Source: a virus
Direction: 5' to 3' (one strand)
DNA: 64,000 bases
IMG/VR virus record: IMGVR_UViG_3300045988_057025
Every line of letters begins with the position of its first letter. The stretch's first letter is position 1. Under the pieces are notes generated by a model. The model ran no database searches and was not told the origin of the DNA. It saw only the letters and a program-made list of their open reading frames with translations. Both the position numbers and the translations under genes were made by a program. Positions 40,153 through 49,953 of the stretch are shown in pieces.

Positions 40153-40558
40153 CTGCTAATTTATCTGCTAAATTATTCATCTCAGAAAAGAAATCAGAAT
40201 TTGAAGTATGTCCCTTAACCCAACAAAATTTTATGTCAGGGCAAAACTGGCTTGCCTTAGCAAAAACCTTGTCATATAAGTTCCACAACTCTACATTCTT
40301 TTTTCTTTTCCATCCTTTTGTAGCACATCCTATGACATACTGAGAATCTGAATAGATAGTAAGAGATTCTATCTTACGGCTTACTGCATTGAGAGCATAT
40401 ATTACAGCTAACAACTCACATTTGTTGTTAGTAGTATTTGGAATCATCTTGCTAAATTCATAGGATTTTTTCCCATCAATTACGAATACAACTCCTACTC
40501 CTCCTGTATTTCTAGATGAACTAAAAGCTCCGTCAGTAAAGACCTCTAAATTACTCAT
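40097..40558 (-). CDS. rnhA: ribonuclease H
   Basis: 153 aa; VFTDGA, NNKCELLAVIYAL, IYSDSQYV, KGHTSN, NNLADKLA catalytic motifs. Confidence 0.8.
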   Translation of the reverse strand: MSNLEVFTDGAFSSSRNTGGVGVVFVIDGKKSYEFSKMIPNTTNNKCELLAVIYALNAVSRKIESLTIYSDSQYVIGCATKGWKRKKNVELWNLYDKVFAKASQFCPDIKFCWVKGHTSNSDFFSEMNNLADKLAVEASQEYETKKEQKQETH

Positions 40559-40946
40559 TCTGAGTATTAGTCCTGAGATTAGTTCCTAGTAGTATTGCTA
40601 TCTTTAGCAGGTCGTCTTGGTTATCACAAAATATATTATCTAAAATATAGTTTGCGTAATCACTTATTCTAACTCTCTTTCCTACAGCTCCATACTTCCC
40701 ATTAAGCCACTTAATTTGTGGAATAAAGTCTTCCAAATTATCTCCAAGATGCCTCAAGGCTTTTCTAATAGAGACTGGAAACCACATTTTTTCTTTTATC
40801 CAATCTAAGTGACAATAACCAAAAGCAAAAGCTCTACTCAAATCCTTCTGAATGAATTCATCTAGCTCGAAATTTCTCTCATGCCTTCCTAATTCCTCAA
40901 AATCATCTTTTAAATCTAAACAGAACACTTCATTGAACTCAATCAT
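40551..40946 (-). CDS. hypothetical protein
   Basis: 131 aa ORF. Confidence 0.3.
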   Translation of the reverse strand: MIEFNEVFCLDLKDDFEELGRHERNFELDEFIQKDLSRAFAFGYCHLDWIKEKMWFPVSIRKALRHLGDNLEDFIPQIKWLNGKYGAVGKRVRISDYANYILDNIFCDNQDDLLKIAILLGTNLRTNTQNE

Positions 40947-41328
40947 CGCTCCAAGATTCTATAACACCAACCAACTCTAGCATACCATATCTACACATAG
41001 CCTTAAATGGCCCAGTAGATATAGAAACAAATGTTGATTTACTGTTTCTATAATTTCTTATTACTTGCGTAAGTAAGTCTCTAGCTAGTGCTCTTAGGTC
41101 AGAAATAGATGGAACTCTATACTCTCCAGGACTTATATACATCCTCCAAGGAGACTTTCCTACACATTTCCCATCATCGTCATATGTTCTATGACTCTTG
41201 TCCCAACTCATATATTCTAGAACCTTGTCAAAGTCAAAGTTCTCCATGATGTAGTTATACTGAACATCAAGAGGTGGGGCATCACTGAAATTTCTTGTCT
41301 TCTTTACTTTCATTTTTATAACATTCAA
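40939..41328 (-). CDS. hypothetical protein
   Basis: 129 aa ORF. Confidence 0.3.
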   Translation of the reverse strand: MNVIKMKVKKTRNFSDAPPLDVQYNYIMENFDFDKVLEYMSWDKSHRTYDDDGKCVGKSPWRMYISPGEYRVPSISDLRALARDLLTQVIRNYRNSKSTFVSISTGPFKAMCRYGMLELVGVIESWSDD

Positions 41329-41599
41329 CGAGACGTTGCAGATTGGGAAGTTTGTCAGATCTCACACTGACAATTAAACCTCCTTTCCGCAGATTGTAAC
41401 TCAATTTGATTCCGCAATGATTAAGAATTTCAATAAATTCTTTCAATGCGTTACCTTTCAATACATTTCTATAGACTAGCTTCTGACCATCTTGATAACC
41501 TTCACGGTAGTATTCATTCGCAACATCGGAAATAAGCCATCGTCTAATGGGTGAAACCTTTTCTAGGAGTTCACTAACTCTAGTTGCGATGAAATCCAT
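41282..41599 (-). CDS. hypothetical protein
   Basis: 105 aa ORF. Confidence 0.3.
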   Translation of the reverse strand: MDFIATRVSELLEKVSPIRRWLISDVANEYYREGYQDGQKLVYRNVLKGNALKEFIEILNHCGIKLSYNLRKGGLIVSVRSDKLPNLQRLVECYKNESKEDKKFQ

Positions 41600-41602
41600 A
41601 CT

Positions 41603-41770
41603 TACTGAATACTATCGTTAGATACTATAGAATCGACAGCAGTTGTGTCTGCAACATTCTCAACGACTACAACAGAGTCTTCTGCAACTACAGTTGCCGG
41701 TTGAGTCTTGTGTGTGCAAGCTGACATAGCAGCAACTAACACAAAAAGCAATAGTAACTTCTTCATTTTC
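41603..41770 (-). CDS. small lipoprotein (55 aa, not in ORF table)
   Basis: manual translation MKKLLLLFVLVAAMSACTHKTQPATVV...; lipobox AMSAC. Confidence 0.35.
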
Positions 41771-41803
41771 AATAATTTTAATTAGTTAAACATTTTATCT
41801 ATC

Positions 41804-41855
41804 AAAAAAAAGAGTGGTTCCAGTATCTGTGCTTCTCAGATACTTTCCCCACTCC
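41804..41855 (-). terminator. rho-independent terminator (nested hairpin + T8)
   Basis: GAGTGG...CCACTC outer stem with inner GTATCTG/CAGATAC stem, followed on minus strand by TTTTTTTT. Confidence 0.6.
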
Positions 41856-42244
41856 TATCACTCCGAAGAGCTTGTACCGTTATTAGGTCGGCCAACCTCC
41901 CTCTTCATCTTGTTGAGAATTTGGGATAATAGTCACCAAGTTTAAAGATTACTTGTAACTGAAGCAAATGCTGAAACCCTTAACAGGGCTTCGTAACTCC
42001 TCCAACAACTTGGTTGGTGAGCTATAGTAGGAAGCTAACACGCAGGCAAAGATGAAATCAAAGTCGAAGACCTGGTCACACTAGCGAAGACTAAGACAAA
42101 GACTCTCAATAAGAGAGTAATTTCAAGATTTTTGTGAGACCAGCGAATGTGTAAGTCAGAAATCCTTAGATTTCCAAATAAAGATTCATATATTATTCCT
42201 AACGTATATATAAATTGTTAGCTTCCTACAGAAAATTCCTCTAA

Positions 42245-43159
42245 TTACTTAGAGGAGGGATCGCCATGTTTCCTAATTTCTTCGAAAATTCCTAGAAGAT
42301 TCGTTGGCAAGGTAATCTTTAGTTGAGAGATTCTCTCCTGTTCAGACGTTCTCCAGTTATTAAACTGACTTCTAAATTCTTGCATTTTAGAATTATATCT
42401 CTCATAGTCAGCCTTAAATTCTGCTACTCTATCTTGATATTCCCTTTCTCTAGTCATATCAAGTTTATTTACAGTCTCTTTAAGTTCTGCCTTCATAGCG
42501 TTTAGTTCTTTTTCATAAGAACGATACGTATCTTGAAGAGACATAAACATCGCATCGACGTCCTCTATCTTAATAGTTGGGTCTTGGTAATAGAGAATTA
42601 AGTCTCTACCAGTTCCTTCCTTGTAGATTGGGCAGTTTTCAGCAGCATGAACATCTTTTCTAGCTTTACTAAAAGCTCCTTTTGGGTGAATATATTTCCC
42701 ATAAGTAGAAGCAAACGCTTCAAGTCTTAGGTACTTGTTTCTCTTATTGGCATCCCATGAATCCATTACCTCTTTTTCATCCGCCTTAATAGGTGAATCT
42801 GGATATTGAGGTTGTTCTGGAATCTCAACATTGTTTTCTCTAGCCCATTTTTCGATAGAGCAAGCAGTAGTATAGGAAATCAATTCCTCCTTTTTCTTAA
42901 TAGCCTCCCGCACCCAAGCACAGAAGCTATTCATTTCCGCTGACTTTTCTAAGTCGTCCTTAATAAAGTCTAGGGAAGTTTGACCTACTGTCATTAATTG
43001 CTTCTCCCCACCTCCTATAGAGGCTACAAACACTTGATAGAACCTCACACTATTCAGACGCTCAGTAGCAGCCTGAATCATTTCCTGCGCAACATTAGCA
43101 TAATAGTTAGCAGATGTAGAAGTCAATCCTTCGTTTCCAAAAAATACACTTTCTTTCAT
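42245..43159 (-). CDS. hypothetical coiled-coil protein
   Basis: 304 aa ORF. Confidence 0.3.
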   Translation of the reverse strand: MKESVFFGNEGLTSTSANYYANVAQEMIQAATERLNSVRFYQVFVASIGGGEKQLMTVGQTSLDFIKDDLEKSAEMNSFCAWVREAIKKKEELISYTTACSIEKWARENNVEIPEQPQYPDSPIKADEKEVMDSWDANKRNKYLRLEAFASTYGKYIHPKGAFSKARKDVHAAENCPIYKEGTGRDLILYYQDPTIKIEDVDAMFMSLQDTYRSYEKELNAMKAELKETVNKLDMTREREYQDRVAEFKADYERYNSKMQEFRSQFNNWRTSEQERISQLKITLPTNLLGIFEEIRKHGDPSSK

Positions 43160-43362
43160 TTTGTTAACTTATCAATTACATTTACTATAGATTCTTCTCC
43201 AGCTATGAAACCAGCTCTATGAGCATTCATAATAAGTTTCTTCAAACTTTCTAGCTCCTCTTTTGACTTAAGAGTATTGCTAGTATAAATCTCTACTAGT
43301 TCTTTTATGTATCTTTCCATATCAAAACATTTTATAGTACCCGAAGTGGGACTCGAACCCAC
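43156..43362 (-). CDS. hypothetical protein
   Basis: 68 aa ORF. Confidence 0.3.
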   Translation of the reverse strand: MGSSPTSGTIKCFDMERYIKELVEIYTSNTLKSKEELESLKKLIMNAHRAGFIAGEESIVNVIDKLTK

Positions 43363-43422
43363 ACGCCCTCAATGGGCATCAGAGCTTAAATCTGACGTGT
43401 CCACCAATTCCACCATCCGGGC
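43338..43422 (-). tRNA. tRNA-Leu(TAA)
   Basis: cloverleaf; anticodon loop TTTAAGC; long variable arm; T-loop GTGGGTTCGAGTCCCAC. Confidence 0.8.
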
Positions 43423-43538
43423 ATATGGTAGCTATTCTCACGAACCGCTACCGAGAGATAATCCTAAAGTATCATTTTTCTAATCTTCTTACTAGATTAG
43501 TCTCCGAATTGTTAAATTCAAAGTTAAAAACTGTTAAC

Positions 43539-43850
43539 TTACTTAAACTGTAGACAGGTGTTAATAAACTTATCAACATCAGTTCCACAATCAATATAGT
43601 TAGGGGTAACTTTTTCAAAGTATCTTAGATTAGCTTCTGTGCCTATTAACCCAAGCTCTTCAAAATCGTAACCCTCTCCATGAATATCAAAGGGTAGTCC
43701 AGGACTGAATGTCAACCAGGCTACTCCTTCAAATTCGCAACAAATACAAACTGTCAACCCACTTTCTCTTAGTCTGTCTAAGATTTGTGGACTGACAGTC
43801 TTTAATACTACACACTCACCCGAGTTCGGCGAGTCTCCGTTTGATTTCAT
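43539..43850 (-). CDS. hypothetical protein
   Basis: 103 aa ORF. Confidence 0.3.
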   Translation of the reverse strand: MKSNGDSPNSGECVVLKTVSPQILDRLRESGLTVCICCEFEGVAWLTFSPGLPFDIHGEGYDFEELGLIGTEANLRYFEKVTPNYIDCGTDVDKFINTCLQFK

Positions 43851-44190
43851 CTTCGGACAAGCTTTCTAACTTCTCAGATTGTTTCTTAGCTAACAGTTCC
43901 GTCAGGCGAGCCTTTTCAGCAGCCTTATTCTTAGCTGTCTCTCTATCAGCCTTCTCTTTTAGCTTATCCGTTATAATCTCCTTCACAATATTGAACTTCA
44001 ATTCAAGTTCGGTATTGCTGGGAGTATCATTAGTTATGAAAGACTTTCTTGGACTTTTAGCTAGTTCCTCATCGTAAGAAACGGCTAATTTATCCAATAC
44101 TGGCAGGCTCAAGTCCCACAAATCTTCTACACTCAGATTACCTTTACTAGTTGCGAAACGCAACTTCATTTTTGACGCTTGTTTAAACAT
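43816..44190 (-). CDS. hypothetical Lys/Glu-rich protein
   Basis: 124 aa ORF. Confidence 0.3.
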   Translation of the reverse strand: MFKQASKMKLRFATSKGNLSVEDLWDLSLPVLDKLAVSYDEELAKSPRKSFITNDTPSNTELELKFNIVKEIITDKLKEKADRETAKNKAAEKARLTELLAKKQSEKLESLSEDEIKRRLAELG

Positions 44191-44192
44191 AA

Positions 44193-46208
44193 TTAGAAAA
44201 TGATTTTAAATGATTTATTATCAACTTTTACAACAACATCATTGTGTGATGTGCTAGAAAATCCCAATCCACTCAACTGGTCATCACTGTACTCAGCTTT
44301 TGCTCTAGAACCAAGAGCTTCAAACACTCTTCTATGCTCCTTTTCAAGGTCAGCTCTCAGATATTCATTAAAGAAACCTCTAACAGGGTCTGGATTCTTG
44401 CATCCATCTATCATAAAGAACAGATGCTTGTTTCCTATAGCGTTGCCTTCCCAATGATTAGGAGAGAACATAATACAAGAAACCTTCTGGAATTTCATTG
44501 TATCAATTCCCCACTCGTTAGTAGATTTGAACGATGTAGAACCCTCTTTAATAGTAGGAGTCATGGAAATGTTTCTTTGTCCATCAACATGGATACGAGC
44601 AACTTCAATGTATTCCTTGCTCAGAACTACTTTTCCATACTGGAATTTGTGAAGTTCTCCATTAATCTCGATTTCCATTTCGAAACCAAAATCAATACTT
44701 TCCCTCTTATAGAAGTTATGCACTCTTACCACATAATCTCCCGGTCTTAGTCTGCTAGGGTCTGTCCATATGATGTTCTCAACAGCATCTCTAGTTTTTC
44801 CGGAACCTGCATTCATGTCAACATCAAGAGTTCCTCCAGTATAACCAGTTTTGCTTCCATAATAGATTTCTCTTCCACCAGGTTCGGTTACATGAAGGTC
44901 AAGGTCATCATAGTTAAACCAGTGAAGAGAGCATCTCATGAAACCGTCTACATTTCCACCAGCAGCCTTTACCTTCTCCTTGAAGGAATCGGCTACAGAA
45001 CCATTATAAACCCAAGCAAAGTTGTTATTCCACTTAAACAACTGTCCAGCATCCGGATTTTCAGGAGCAGTCAGAGTAACAAAGTTGGGAATATGTCTGT
45101 TCTCTACCAAGATAGAAACCTCCTTAGCTCCTGGAAGTACATTCTTGACAAAGGCATCAGCAGAAACTTCTTGGGCTTTGGTAAACTCTTTTGGATTTAC
45201 TGTAGAAGTCTCAGAGAGCATATCAAACATTCCTCCCTTCATCTTTGCTCTAGTATCTCTATTTACGAATAGAACATCATTCACAGAAATATCTTCCACA
45301 TGAGCATGACGACGAGGAAGTGCATCAGTAAGACCTAGCTCTTCTACCTTCTTCTGAGCGGCTTCAATTTGTTTCTTAGTAATAAGAGCAGTAGGTCTCT
45401 TATAGTTAGCAGGAGCCATGATGTTTTCATACGCTCTTACGGCTTTCTCCAGATCTACACCATTGCTTAGATCAATAAGTAAAGTTCCCATAGCCGTATT
45501 TCTAATCTTAGCTATAGGAGACTTAAAGTTTAACCAGCAATAGTTAGTTCTTACTTCTGGACTCAGAGTTTGAGCAGTAACTAGTGTTCTTCTAAATTCC
45601 TCCAAACTCTTCAAGAACTCTGCACCTCTATAGAGATTATTTCCTTCTATAAGCTCAATAACAGTTTCAACTGCCTCCAGCTTAAGCTCGCTGATAGAGC
45701 GTTCAAATACCCCAGCTCTTGCTCTGACATCTCCCCTGTAACCGGCAGCAGAGTCAAAACCATGAACTCGCCTGTTGAACTTGAAGTTATTCGGAATAGT
45801 TACGTACAGATGTGTCCAAGTTCTAGTTGTTCCATCAGGGAGTAGTTGAACATTATGGTCACAACCATGAAATTCGTTCACATCTTGAATGAAGACATCT
45901 CCTATTCCAGCTTCCTTAACTAATTTAGCTAGAGCCTGTGCTGTTTTCTCGTATCCAGGAGTGTGCACATCATCCCAGAATGTTTTAGTCTTATATGTTT
46001 GAGGGTCAATCGCTACAACTTTACCATAATGCCGGATAAAAGATTTACAGGCATTGCAGTTATGGTCTTGTCTAACGGTTTCATCTTCAAACGACAGAAG
46101 ATAGCCCATCCAAAGGAGGTCTTTATCAACATTAGCAACAAACAGGTTTTCTGCAATCATATTATTGAAAGCAGCTTCTACATCTTTCTTAAAATTCTTA
46201 AATTCCAT
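44193..46208 (-). CDS. large hypothetical protein
   Basis: 671 aa ORF, no recognisable motif. Confidence 0.35.
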   Translation of the reverse strand: MEFKNFKKDVEAAFNNMIAENLFVANVDKDLLWMGYLLSFEDETVRQDHNCNACKSFIRHYGKVVAIDPQTYKTKTFWDDVHTPGYEKTAQALAKLVKEAGIGDVFIQDVNEFHGCDHNVQLLPDGTTRTWTHLYVTIPNNFKFNRRVHGFDSAAGYRGDVRARAGVFERSISELKLEAVETVIELIEGNNLYRGAEFLKSLEEFRRTLVTAQTLSPEVRTNYCWLNFKSPIAKIRNTAMGTLLIDLSNGVDLEKAVRAYENIMAPANYKRPTALITKKQIEAAQKKVEELGLTDALPRRHAHVEDISVNDVLFVNRDTRAKMKGGMFDMLSETSTVNPKEFTKAQEVSADAFVKNVLPGAKEVSILVENRHIPNFVTLTAPENPDAGQLFKWNNNFAWVYNGSVADSFKEKVKAAGGNVDGFMRCSLHWFNYDDLDLHVTEPGGREIYYGSKTGYTGGTLDVDMNAGSGKTRDAVENIIWTDPSRLRPGDYVVRVHNFYKRESIDFGFEMEIEINGELHKFQYGKVVLSKEYIEVARIHVDGQRNISMTPTIKEGSTSFKSTNEWGIDTMKFQKVSCIMFSPNHWEGNAIGNKHLFFMIDGCKNPDPVRGFFNEYLRADLEKEHRRVFEALGSRAKAEYSDDQLSGLGFSSTSHNDVVVKVDNKSFKIIF

Positions 46209-46218
46209 TTTAAATCTA

Positions 46219-46440
46219 TTAAGTGTTCAACTTTTTGTTCATTTCTCCTTCTAAATTCCTAAGAGTTTCTATACTCTCCTCATAGAACTTATCCTTACCT
46301 AATTCACAGACTTTGTAATTAGATAATATTTGCTGGAATCGCAAATGTGGACTACATTCTATGATTTGAGCTAGTCTAGTTAAAATCTTAAAGTTAGCTT
46401 GTTTTCTAAGCTCAATAGCCTTTTCAATCTGGGCTTCCAT
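46219..46440 (-). CDS. hypothetical protein
   Basis: 73 aa ORF. Confidence 0.3.
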   Translation of the reverse strand: MEAQIEKAIELRKQANFKILTRLAQIIECSPHLRFQQILSNYKVCELGKDKFYEESIETLRNLEGEMNKKLNT

Positions 46441-46921
46441 ACTTGTTGATAATATCTAACTCTAATTCTTTAACCTTACTCTCATATAGAGAATCTTCGG
46501 CATATCCAATCCTATCTAGGAATCTATAATAGTCCTCTTCTGGATCGTACCTACTTAGAATAAATTGCTTATAAGCAAATACACAGCTTATCCAACTATC
46601 AAACTTGAAATAGGACATCGTTCTTGAATTATACAGTCCGAACAAATTATTGTTGTCCTTACAAAGTTTAGACTTGAAGTTACCAGATTCTAGAATAGCC
46701 TGAGCTGTTATGATAGCAGGACTTGGGAAATCATAGTGTTTAAGAGTATTATACAATACTTCCTCATTCACCTCCTCCATCAAATAGAATGGATGTTCCG
46801 GCATCAGCATAATTTTCTCCTCTGGAAACCTCGCAGAATGTATCCAGTGGTGCAAGGAATAACCAGTTGCAAATCCGAATACAATACTAATCATTAAAAT
46901 AATTAAAACTCTCTTTTTCAT
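46424..46921 (-). CDS. membrane-anchored peptidoglycan hydrolase (glucosaminidase-type lysin)
   Basis: 165 aa; N-terminal anchor; QAILESGNFKSK...NNLFGL matches FlgJ/glucosaminidase domain signature. Confidence 0.55.
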   Translation of the reverse strand: MKKRVLIILMISIVFGFATGYSLHHWIHSARFPEEKIMLMPEHPFYLMEEVNEEVLYNTLKHYDFPSPAIITAQAILESGNFKSKLCKDNNNLFGLYNSRTMSYFKFDSWISCVFAYKQFILSRYDPEEDYYRFLDRIGYAEDSLYESKVKELELDIINKYGSPD

Positions 46922-47214
46922 ATCTCAATAGAATTAATAAATCTTGCATCATTACATAGTTGATAAACAACTTTATCAAGTTCTGGGACATAGACTATAT
47001 AATAGTAATCAAAGAATTGGTTATTATCTTCGAACCCTATAATTATCCCTTTATGTCCACTATCTACCACACAGTCTCTAAATAAATATTTTGAAATATC
47101 TTGGCGGATGTCATCGTGGCCTGCCTGTAAAGCTGATATACCCCAGTAGGAAGTATTTGTACCCCTAACTTCCTTTCCTAATAAGTCCTTATCGTATGAA
47201 ATCTCAGTAATCAT
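46918..47214 (-). CDS. hypothetical protein
   Basis: 98 aa ORF. Confidence 0.3.
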   Translation of the reverse strand: MITEISYDKDLLGKEVRGTNTSYWGISALQAGHDDIRQDISKYLFRDCVVDSGHKGIIIGFEDNNQFFDYYYIVYVPELDKVVYQLCNDARFINSIEI

Positions 47215-47371
47215 GATGTTTTCTCAGGCTTATCCTTTTCTATGTTAACTACTATCATAAGCTCGGAATTAGGATTCTCACGATTCTTCGCCTTCCTGGC
47301 ATCTTCTTCGGTATCATACTGACCTATAATGAATGGGATATTATTTCTGCACTTAATCAGGTAGTATTCCT

Positions 47372-47563
47372 TCATTTTTCAATTCCAAAATAACTCTTTA
47401 ATAATTCTATATTCCCTTCCTTAAGATGTCTTATAATAGCTTTTCTCTCCTTTTCATAGAGAATAATCTTGCTTTCTAAGATATTTATCTTATGGTTGAA
47501 ATTATTTTCATATTCTTCCAGAGCTTCGGCAATGACTTTAATCGCAGTACAATCCTTCATCAT
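47372..47563 (-). CDS. hypothetical protein (shortened to internal Met to limit overlap)
   Basis: table ORF 47372..47701 overlaps neighbour by 164 nt; internal start MMKDCTAIK gives 64 aa. Confidence 0.25.
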   Translation of the reverse strand: MMKDCTAIKVIAEALEEYENNFNHKINILESKIILYEKERKAIIRHLKEGNIELLKSYFGIEK

Positions 47564-47987
47564 ACTCTTCGTTATAATAGTCCTCGCTTCCACTATCATC
47601 TCCGATAGGATTCTCCCAGCCATACTTTTCCGCAGTAGCCTTAAATAATGGCAAATACATAGCATAGTTATCCTCTGGATAATCCTCCAAGCCTTCCTCA
47701 AGAACTCTATTCCATCTAAGAACTACAGCAAACATCAGACTTGCAGAAATACCTCTCTTGTCAAGGGCTTTTTCAAATCCGAACTCTACATCTTCTTTAA
47801 GTTGGGAAAGAATATTCTCTCTAGTCCACTCTTTGGGTTCAGGATAAGGTTCATCACTATTCCACTTAAAACCTATTTTCTCTAACTGTTCCTGTGTCAG
47901 AAATTGAGCTAATCTAACTCCAAATCTATCGTCAAGAAATACAGACCATTCTTCGTAATTGTTTACGATTTCATCTAATGTTTTCAT
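47538..47987 (-). CDS. hypothetical acidic protein
   Basis: 149 aa ORF. Confidence 0.3.
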   Translation of the reverse strand: MKTLDEIVNNYEEWSVFLDDRFGVRLAQFLTQEQLEKIGFKWNSDEPYPEPKEWTRENILSQLKEDVEFGFEKALDKRGISASLMFAVVLRWNRVLEEGLEDYPEDNYAMYLPLFKATAEKYGWENPIGDDSGSEDYYNEEYDEGLYCD

Positions 47988-48313
47988 TATAATTCAGACA
48001 AATAAATGTTTTGAGGATATTCGTTAAATACTAGTAGAGTTACTGGACAAATCCAAACTCTATCGTTATAATTCTTACTTTTACACAAGTAAGTAGCTCC
48101 ATTCTCATCTTCTTCAATCTTAGATAGAACAATCTTAGCTACAGAAGGGTCAACCATCTGCAACCTAACAAATCTATCATCAAGAGAATCAAGAAGATCG
48201 TCAGCCCCGCCAACCATAGCCAACTCTCCTGGGTCTCCATCGAAGTCTGGCCACCAATAAAACCAGACTCCTCCCACTTTTACAAATTCAAATGTTTTTC
48301 GCATTAAACACAA
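47987..48313 (-). CDS. hypothetical protein
   Basis: 108 aa ORF. Confidence 0.3.
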   Translation of the reverse strand: MCLMRKTFEFVKVGGVWFYWWPDFDGDPGELAMVGGADDLLDSLDDRFVRLQMVDPSVAKIVLSKIEEDENGATYLCKSKNYNDRVWICPVTLLVFNEYPQNIYLSEL

Positions 48314-48324
48314 ATTAAATTAAA

Positions 48325-48359
48325 CAAAAAATACCCCAACAACTTTCGCTGCTGGGGTA
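48325..48359 (-). terminator. rho-independent terminator downstream of tRNA-Glu
   Basis: TACCCCA-loop-TGGGGTA hairpin followed by T-run on minus strand. Confidence 0.5.
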
Positions 48360-48364
48360 CATAG

Positions 48365-48436
48365 TAACGCCAACGGGATTCGAACCCGTATGGCAGGCGT
48401 GAAAAGCCTGAATCCTAACCATTAGATGATGGCGCT
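48365..48436 (-). tRNA. tRNA-Glu(TTC)
   Basis: anticodon arm CAGGC-TTTTCAC-GCCTG; T-arm ACGGGTTCGAATCCCGT; acceptor AGCGCCA/TGGCGTT. Confidence 0.8.
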
Positions 48437-48439
48437 ATC

Positions 48440-49114
48440 CTACTGCACAATCAAGCTATAAGCTTCTTGCAACAGTTTAATAGTTGGAACCATACGGTTA
48501 TCAACAACTATTATTTTATAAATGTTCAGAATTTCTTTGTAGGTTAAAGATGTACAAGTTAGAAATATCTGCACATCTTCGTTTACAGAACCATTTGACA
48601 ATCCTAAATCTACTTTAATCATACTGGGTAATGTCCCAATCTGAGAAATATCCCAAGTAGATTTAGTTCTCCTGAAAACTTCCCGCTGTTTGGAAGTAAG
48701 TTGCTTTTCTTTCAATCTAGACTCAATAATAGTACCATCAAACGTTAACGAACCTCCATCGGTATTACTATTATTTAATGCTAGCTGAATCTTCTGAACT
48801 GCAGAGTCTTTAGGTTTTGGCTTAAGTTGCACTCCTTCCTTCAAGCCCTTAATAATCTGCAATGAAGGAATAAAGTCTTTTATTTGAGTTGCATTCCATA
48901 CAAGAAATTTTCCAGGACTATCCTTAACAGTAACTATATACTTAGTCCCTCCGTTCAATGGAATAATCACTTGTAAGTCTGCATCACTCATTTTACTTAA
49001 ATGGTCTGATACTCTAACTTTGACGTTTCCAATGACAAAGTAGCGAGAAACAGTTGTTTCCGCTTCGATAATCTCAGTAGCAGTTGCTACTAAATACTTT
49101 TCTAATCTAGTCAT
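48440..49114 (-). CDS. hypothetical protein (TAG stop)
   Basis: 224 aa ORF ending in TAG 4 nt upstream of tRNA-Glu. Confidence 0.3.
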   Translation of the reverse strand: MTRLEKYLVATATEIIEAETTVSRYFVIGNVKVRVSDHLSKMSDADLQVIIPLNGGTKYIVTVKDSPGKFLVWNATQIKDFIPSLQIIKGLKEGVQLKPKPKDSAVQKIQLALNNSNTDGGSLTFDGTIIESRLKEKQLTSKQREVFRRTKSTWDISQIGTLPSMIKVDLGLSNGSVNEDVQIFLTCTSLTYKEILNIYKIIVVDNRMVPTIKLLQEAYSLIVQ

Positions 49115-49141
49115 AAAAATTAATCTAATTTAATGGTTAAG

Positions 49142-49214
49142 ATCCCCCACTCGGATTCGAACCGAGGTCTCGAGATTACAAATCACGTGTTCTAACCAAC
49201 TAAACTACAGGGGA
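49142..49214 (-). tRNA. tRNA-Thr(TGT)
   Basis: anticodon loop TTTGTAA, one mismatch in anticodon stem; T-arm CTCGGTTCGAATCCGAG; acceptor TCCCCTG/TGGGGGA. Confidence 0.7.
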
Positions 49215-49221
49215 ATAAATG

Positions 49222-49255
49222 CCGAGGCTGGGGGATTCGAACCCCAACCTTCACA
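49222..49255 (-). other. orphan tRNA 3' half (anticodon 3' stem + T-arm + acceptor 3' strand), diverged duplicate of the 3' half of tRNA-Asp
   Basis: TGTGAAGGTTGGGGTTCGAATCCCCCAGCCTCGG; pairs perfectly with acceptor and anticodon stem of the 5' half at 49915..49953. Confidence 0.55.
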
Positions 49256-49258
49256 GTG

Positions 49259-49320
49259 CCGAGAGTACCAGACTCGAACTGGTGACCTTCGCATAGACAG
49301 TGCACTATTCTACCACTGAA
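49259..49320 (-). tRNA. tRNA-Asp(GTC), intact copy
   Basis: CGAGGGT acceptor, D-arm GTTCAGTGGTAGAAT, anticodon loop CTGTCTA (pos 37 is U, one stem mismatch), T-arm ACCAGTTCGAGTCTGGT. Confidence 0.65.
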
Positions 49321-49341
49321 CTAACCCTCGGTGTAACTGGA

Positions 49342-49893
49342 TTACTCCAGACTAATTAAACCCTTCTCTAACATAATATGGTGATTCGGACATAACCATA
49401 CTAAATTATTCTCGTTGTTAATCTCCTTAATAAGAGTGTCTTCGTCAAATTCTAATATTCCTTTAAGATGATGTACTTCAAGTATTGCATCAAATTCATG
49501 ATTATGACAATATTGACATACTTTCTCACGTTCGGAACTTTCTAATACTCTACGAGCATTAGTCCTTATTTCTTGACATTTAGATGATAAGTACTTCTGC
49601 CCAGATGTATAATAACCTAATGTTTTGTTACCAATTCCATTAAGTTCTTCCCAGCAACTACGACACATTTCTGAATCTTTATGCTTAGGTTTACCACATC
49701 TAGGACATATCTTGTTTTCATCGTGCTTTATCCTACCTCTATTATTGTAAGAAGCAGCACACGAATGACTACAAAACTGTTTCTTCCTCACATCTGCGAC
49801 CCTCTGATTATCTAGTACTTCGATTACCTTACCACATTCCTTACAGTGGTTAGGATTCTCATAATACAATTTAAGAGATTGTTCTCGATTCAC
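49342..49893 (-). CDS. HNH homing endonuclease
   Basis: 183 aa, GTG start; Zn-finger CxxC pairs; C-terminal HNH motif VHHLKG...NLVWLCPNHH. Confidence 0.75.
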   Translation of the reverse strand: MNREQSLKLYYENPNHCKECGKVIEVLDNQRVADVRKKQFCSHSCAASYNNRGRIKHDENKICPRCGKPKHKDSEMCRSCWEELNGIGNKTLGYYTSGQKYLSSKCQEIRTNARRVLESSEREKVCQYCHNHEFDAILEVHHLKGILEFDEDTLIKEINNENNLVWLCPNHHIMLEKGLISLE

Positions 49894-49914
49894 AGATAAG
49901 TTTAATTAATTTTA

Positions 49915-49953
49915 ATGACAGTGTGATATGCAAGCCATTACACCACAGCCTCG
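49915..49953 (-). other. orphan tRNA 5' half (acceptor 5' strand, D-arm, anticodon 5' stem and GTC anticodon loop)
   Basis: CGAGGCTGTGGTGTAATGGCTTGCATATCACACTGTCAT; acceptor CGAGGCT is exact complement of AGCCTCG in 49222..49255. Confidence 0.5.
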
